64,000 nt of DNA from Candidatus Bathyarchaeota archaeon (GTDB taxonomy: Archaea; Thermoproteota; Bathyarchaeia; 40CM-2-53-6), in contig CAVSBL010000002.1 of the NCBI GenBank assembly GCA_963726255.1, forward strand, positions 320,001 to 384,000, in the 5' to 3' direction. This document shows, one piece after another, positions 59,058-64,000 of this stretch. The translations under genes were made by a program, and so were the position numbers. Below the pieces are notes generated by a model, which ran no database searches, was not told where the DNA came from, and saw only the letters and a list, made by a program, of their open reading frames with translations. Numbering within the stretch: the first letter of the stretch is position 1; each line of letters opens with the position of its first letter.

Positions 59058-59864
59058 TCATATTTTTCGGATCGTGAGCAAGACGTTTTCATCCGTCCAT
59101 CTGACATTTCTTAGATCGTTGAAGTCATTTCTGACATTCTTCTCAAATCGCAGTAGGCATGCTCGAAACTCACTATTGGAGTACTTGGAGAACGTCGAGT
59201 AGTGACGATGCCTCGCCAGTTCAAGGAGCCTTCTCAGGGTGCTAACACGTCGATAAGTGAAGAACTGAACGTGCTCAATTTTCAATGTTGGAATCGCGCC
59301 AATCTTCTTCTCTAGTTCGTCGAACTCGTAGAGGCGCGTTTCCTTTTCGCAAAAACGCGGAAAATACCTGCCCCAGATGTTACGGGTATTCTGACTCCTG
59401 AACCGAGTGTAAACAAATAGGCGTCCTCCAGACTCCAAGAGCCTCGAGACTTCTCTCAGAAATCCCAAGACGTCGAAATGATGGATTGAATTGAAACTGA
59501 ATATGCAATTCAGATGTTCGGGCGGAAACGGAAGATGTGCAGCAGCCGATCTAACTACTTCGAAATAACGTATCCGATGTCTTGCAAGATAGTCTTTGAC
59601 TTGTTCCAGCATTCTGTGAGTCAAGTCCACGCAATAGAGGTGTTCAATCTTGCGACCTAGGTGCTGGAACAGCTTCAGGTCATATCGTCCGGCGCCGCAA
59701 CCAACATCGGCTGCCCTTACAGGCGAGGTTCCACGTAGCCTTCTCGAAATGTGGAGGATTGGTTCCAGATCGGTTGTCCTCAGATCCCGATACCCTCCTG
59801 CAATTTCTGAGAAATGCTCGTTCGCACTGCGAAATGTCATAAAGAGCCATCTCAAGTTTCTCAT
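59058..59864 (-). CDS. Class I SAM-dependent methyltransferase
   Basis: DVGCGAG, HLPF, IHHF, RLLESGG. Confidence 0.85.
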   Translation of the reverse strand: MRNLRWLFMTFRSANEHFSEIAGGYRDLRTTDLEPILHISRRLRGTSPVRAADVGCGAGRYDLKLFQHLGRKIEHLYCVDLTHRMLEQVKDYLARHRIRYFEVVRSAAAHLPFPPEHLNCIFSFNSIHHFDVLGFLREVSRLLESGGRLFVYTRFRSQNTRNIWGRYFPRFCEKETRLYEFDELEKKIGAIPTLKIEHVQFFTYRRVSTLRRLLELARHRHYSTFSKYSNSEFRACLLRFEKNVRNDFNDLRNVRWTDENVLLTIRKI

Positions 59865-59921
59865 TGGTCGCGCATAGAGGACAGATTTCTGTTACTTGTC
59901 ATAGAAAATGATCCTTTGACT

Positions 59922-61130
59922 TCAATTCTTATGCCCGCGAAATACGAGTCGCTGTCTTTTCAGATATACCTGAAGTAGTTCCCCTTGCACTATGAGAGAC
60001 AACAGTGCAACTCCGAAGGTCATCGCGACTATGGCTTCCCTGTGCGGAAAGTTGTTGGGAAGTGAGAGAGCAAGCGCGACTGAAATCACTCCCCTCAAGC
60101 CCGCCGCTGCGAGGATACCTTTCCAGGAGTTCGGAATTCTTTCTCCGATTAGCCCCGCAAGCGTCACGATTGGATAAACGCTGGCCACTCTGGCCAAGAG
60201 TATCGCGATGAACGCGGCAACTATGAACGGAGCAAAAGTAACAAGCAAGGAGGGGTCTACCTTCAGTCCCAAGAGTAGAAAAGCGAATGATGTCACTACG
60301 AACGTGACGACTTCCCAAAACCTTGTCACAGTCGTACGGGTTTCCTTGGACATTGCGGTCCGCATGGTTCTGTTTCCCATATACAGACCTGCTATCGCAA
60401 CCGCAATCAATCCTGAAGCGCCTAGACTTGCAGCGAGAATGAAGGAACCAAACATTACTGCTATGGTGAAGTATGTCTCAGCCAAGGGTTCCGTGACCAA
60501 GCGATAAAGGAGTTCAGCTATTCCAGAGACAACTAGGCCTATTATGACACCCCCTCCGAGAGTATATGCGAACAATGTCGTGCTCTCCAACGGACTGAAA
60601 ATAAGAGAGATAGCAATAGGATACAGGATTACCGCTATAGCATCATTGAAATACGCCTCGGTTTCAAGGATCGTAGTCAGTTGCCTTGGCGCCTTGGTGC
60701 GCTTCAAAAGGCTGACGACCGAAACTGGGTCAGTTGGCGACACAATGACACCGAATGTCAATGCTACCCCAAGAGGCAAACCCAAAGAAATTCTCAAAAC
60801 CAATCCAGTGACGAGAGCAGAGATGATAACACCAAAGATCGCCAGCGACAGCACGGTCCTCCTAGTAGCCTTGAAATCCTTGAAGCGTGTTCGCATAGAA
60901 GCCTCGAAGATCAATGGAGGAACCACCAATCCGAGTATTGTAGATCTGTCAAGTGGAATTGTGCTAAGTCCACCAGCAAGCCTAAACAATGACAAGAAGA
61001 AGCCGATCGCGATCATGACTATGGTGTAGGAGATCCTTAGCTTCGAACTCAGAAGGACTCCTACGAACGACAGAACAATAACGACCAGTACAACCGTCAA
61101 CCACGGCATGGTAGGAGAGAGATCGAGCAC
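59922..61130 (-). CDS. CPA1/NhaP cation:proton antiporter
   Basis: SPTDP, EAYFND, GLRGVIS; close paralog of 43656..44855. Confidence 0.92.
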   Translation of the reverse strand: MLDLSPTMPWLTVVLVVIVLSFVGVLLSSKLRISYTIVMIAIGFFLSLFRLAGGLSTIPLDRSTILGLVVPPLIFEASMRTRFKDFKATRRTVLSLAIFGVIISALVTGLVLRISLGLPLGVALTFGVIVSPTDPVSVVSLLKRTKAPRQLTTILETEAYFNDAIAVILYPIAISLIFSPLESTTLFAYTLGGGVIIGLVVSGIAELLYRLVTEPLAETYFTIAVMFGSFILAASLGASGLIAVAIAGLYMGNRTMRTAMSKETRTTVTRFWEVVTFVVTSFAFLLLGLKVDPSLLVTFAPFIVAAFIAILLARVASVYPIVTLAGLIGERIPNSWKGILAAAGLRGVISVALALSLPNNFPHREAIVAMTFGVALLSLIVQGELLQVYLKRQRLVFRGHKN

Positions 61131-61368
61131 TAGTCGTCACTCATCGCGTATGCACGCCCTGCTCCGAGCTCTTTCCTAGAATCCAAGCTACCAAGCAGTA
61201 GGCCATCCCCACAGCTGCCGCCATGGAACCGAAAGCTAGGAGAGTATAGACTTCGTCTGGATTCATTCTACTTTCTAATGTCTGACCTCACCGCGGTGAT
61301 TTCACCATGATGGACCACGCGTACGTACTCTGGGTTTACAGCGTTGAATGAAGTGCGATGTTGTCTCC

Positions 61369-61659
61369 TTACACTAGACCGAAGCGGCTCATAACCTCCG
61401 AAAATCTCCTGTACTCGGAAACAAACTCTCTTCCCTTGCTCGTAATTGAGAGAGTGTTCTGAAAATTCACAAGTCCGAGTTTCTCCATCTCTCTGAGATG
61501 TCGCCTCAACCTGTCTGAAGGCACATTAACACGATTCTGAACCCTTGTGATCCTCACAACGTCTGAAGATCTCTCTTCCTTCAGGATGGAACGCAGAATG
61601 TCATAGTAAATTCTTGTACGTTCCCTAGGCCACTGCCTGCTTGAGCCTGAGGGATTCAA
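61369..61659 (-). CDS. Small winged-helix DNA-binding protein
   Basis: R.R..IYYDIL...ITRV...VN......R.HL..M...GLV....ITSKG. Confidence 0.75.
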   Translation of the reverse strand: MNPSGSSRQWPRERTRIYYDILRSILKEERSSDVVRITRVQNRVNVPSDRLRRHLREMEKLGLVNFQNTLSITSKGREFVSEYRRFSEVMSRFGLV

Positions 61660-61665
61660 TCCAAT

Positions 61666-62352
61666 TCACTTGCGATGAAATCCTTCAAGCGCAATAGCGC
61701 CCAGACCGAGAAGTCGTGACAAGTGCGCGAAGGCAAATGACCAGAAGCCCGCATCCAATGACCAAAGCAAAAGGCTGTACTGTTCTATGGCTAGAAGAAC
61801 GAAGCCAGCCAGTACAATCGCTCCCAGCTCGTAGGCCTTCGCCTTCAGAATCTGGTACATGCTAAAGAGAACATATGCTAAGAGGCCTAGGTTTGTGATT
61901 CGAAATACTTGGTCAGCCACTCTGTGCGGAGGAAGGACCATGACCGGGGGAACGACAACTATCAGGACAGCCACGACTGCAAGAACTACGAGTAGAGAGA
62001 AGAGCCAATTGGACATCCGACCAAGGCGATGCGCTAAGCTCCTTCTCCTCAGAAAATAGGTTGTTCCTAGAAAAGCGAACCCATAGCACCCGATGAAAAG
62101 TTGCAGCCAGCTTGCTTCGTCCCCTAATGAGGAGATGACGTAGGACGTGCCAAGTAGCAAATACGAGAAGCCCAAGAAACTGAAGCCAATTGGAAAGCCA
62201 AGGAGATAGTCTCTTCGAAGCACTCTGAATGACCTGAGCATCAAATATGCGATAGCAAAGGCCAAACATGCCGACAGAAGTTCGCTGGCCAAAAACGGGA
62301 CGGTTTCATTTCCTAAGAATGAGGACATTTTCGCTGTTGCTCCAATTTGCAC
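61666..62352 (-). CDS. Multi-pass (about 7 TM) membrane protein, possibly a sensor coupled to the downstream wHTH
   Basis: Repeated hydrophobic helices; 6 bp from the wHTH gene. Confidence 0.65.
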   Translation of the reverse strand: MQIGATAKMSSFLGNETVPFLASELLSACLAFAIAYLMLRSFRVLRRDYLLGFPIGFSFLGFSYLLLGTSYVISSLGDEASWLQLFIGCYGFAFLGTTYFLRRRSLAHRLGRMSNWLFSLLVVLAVVAVLIVVVPPVMVLPPHRVADQVFRITNLGLLAYVLFSMYQILKAKAYELGAIVLAGFVLLAIEQYSLLLWSLDAGFWSFAFAHLSRLLGLGAIALEGFHRK

Positions 62353-62601
62353 GACGGTTCCCTTGACTCATGCAAGATAAAAGATCGCGTGCATCGCGAG
62401 GTAGATTTGGAATTGAAATGCCTGGGAACGCTCCAGTTGCGCTTGGGCAAGGAGTACGCAGCATGATATGGAGGGATGGTACTAGTGGTGCGCACTCCCC
62501 CAGAAGAAGGTACCACTGGTGCGAGCAGTCAGTCTGAACCGTCGTCGTTCGTCCTCAAAGAAAGTGTCGGAAAACCTTTCCGCCAGACTTCCCAAAGCGG
62601 G

Positions 62602-63042
62602 CTAAAGCTTTGAGGGAAGTAGCGCAAGAATTTCCTTGGTCTCAGAGAGAGGGTTAGGTTCGTAGGAGATTCGAAGCACCCGTTTGAACAGGTCTCTCTC
62701 AGTGGCTATGCCAACAAGCTTTCCTTTGTCAACTAAAGGCAGTTGGTGAATACCATGCTAAAGCATCGTCTTGTTCGTCTCCTGATTAGGAGTGTCAGAA
62801 GATATGGAGATAACAGGACTTGACATTACTCTTCCAGCACGACTTTTAAGCGCCCTCGCGCCCTTGGCTACGCTACTCAATACGTCACGCTCCGTTATGA
62901 TGCCAACAGGCCTCCTTGACTGAGTAACCACAACGCTCCCAATGTTCTGCCCGACCATCTTCTTCAAAGCCTCCGTCACAAGGTCGTCAGGCTTGATGGT
63001 CTGGACATGTTTACTCATTATCGATCTGACAAGGTCCGACAA
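62602..63042 (-). pseudogene. CBS-pair protein with in-frame TAG at 62758-62760
   Basis: TML*HGIHQLPLVDKGKLVGIATERDL continues the second CBS repeat in frame. Confidence 0.8.
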
Positions 63043-63174
63043 AACTGCCCAGTCGCAGACTATCCCACTTTGTGACATTAAAGCCTCGGCCCATTTGATA
63101 CCGCAATAGTCAGGAATGAGCATTCTGATTCCGTTTTCGCAGACACTCCAGTCCTGAGTCCAGAAGCAGATTTC

Positions 63175-64000
63175 CTAAACCAATCCCCACGTGTGTTCGC
63201 AGTTGCAGTAGCTTTTGCCGAAATCGTGATTGTTTGCGCTGCGATTGTTGCTTTTGAATTTGAAATTCCTGACCGTCGCCGGGTACTCATTGTAGAATAT
63301 CCAAGACCAAATCGGCCCAATGAGGGGTTGCGATATCTTCCAGCAGCATCTCGCGTATGTTGCCATCTCTATGCTAAGCTCAGTTTGACCAGAGGTTGCG
63401 CTCACATTGAATATGGGGAGGCCATTCTCGTAGCGCTTGGTAATCTTAACGTCTTCGAAGGAATACTCCTTCCCCTCCCCGGGGTCGTAGAAGTTGAGCG
63501 TCTTTGAAATCATTCTTTCACCCCAATCCATCGTACTCTCATGGGATATTGAATGTCTGAACATTGGGATACCGATGTGGGGCAAGAAGTATTGTAGGTA
63601 GCCACCATTGTCCCATTGTACTGTGCCCCAATACCAACAGGGGGTTATCGAAGATATTCGCACTTTCTGGAAATACGATCTGCCCTTTACTGGTGTTTCG
63701 ATGTCGCCTACTCGGATCCTTCCCGATGACGACAGTCCCCTGTATTTCAGCATCGAATACCCCATGTTTCCAACGAAATTCTTCCCTGTGGGCAGTAGTT
63801 CCGCCATCACGTCTTTCCATCTCTCCATTGACAGCTCGATTCCGACGTTGTCCGTTTCTATCTTCAGCCAGAAATCCGCGCGGCTTCCGCCGTATGAATA
63901 GACCCCTTTGTGGCCTTCCATTCTGATTCTTCCAGAGTGGTCGTCGCGTTCGGTCTCGGTCTTCCCGTGATCGAGGAGGAGAGGTTCATGCATTCTCTTA
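63175..64000 (-). CDS. Hypothetical aromatic-rich protein, probably 5'-truncated by the window edge
   Basis: 272-aa ORF starting at the window end. Confidence 0.6.
   Translation of the reverse strand, partial: KRMHEPLLLDHGKTETERDDHSGRIRMEGHKGVYSYGGSRADFWLKIETDNVGIELSMERWKDVMAELLPTGKNFVGNMGYSMLKYRGLSSSGRIRVGDIETPVKGRSYFQKVRISSITPCWYWGTVQWDNGGYLQYFLPHIGIPMFRHSISHESTMDWGERMISKTLNFYDPGEGKEYSFEDVKITKRYENGLPIFNVSATSGQTELSIEMATYARCCWKISQPLIGPIWSWIFYNEYPATVRNFKFKSNNRSANNHDFGKSYCNCEHTWGLV

Noticed and set aside
1-64000. Many antisense or overlapping ORFs in the six-frame track (e.g. 8518..9045, 9052..9525, 22008..22571, 53850..54374)
   Set aside because: They shadow well-supported genes and have no recognisable motifs

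Overview
Archaeal chromosomal segment, probably from a TACK-group archaeon such as Bathyarchaeia. That assignment is an inference from egsA, thermosome, radA, nucS, LSm, Elp3, gatDE, EMC6-like and NitrOD5-like genes and the frequent TTG/GTG starts. Positions 1-30.2 kb are mostly housekeeping genes (lipid backbone, tRNA charging and modification, repair, nucleotide and amino-sugar metabolism). They are interrupted by an array of small membrane-protein genes with hairpin repeats next to an IS6-like transposase relic (5.9-7.8 kb) and by a tnpB-only IS200/IS605 element whose end supplies the nucS stop codon. Positions ~30.3-64 kb are an accessory pH/ion/osmotic stress region: P3A H+-ATPase, CLC, four NhaP paralogs, MscS, TMEM175, NRAMP+MntR, USPs and several CBS proteins, plus a PfkA-GH130-PMI-PMM-(CBS-GT4) mannose module. 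This region contains pseudogenes, tRNA 3'-end scars and a structured dispersed repeat that brackets the Mn module and recurs partially at the region's left edge. No CRISPR array, rRNA or complete tRNA was seen. All calls come from reading motifs by eye; no database searches were run.
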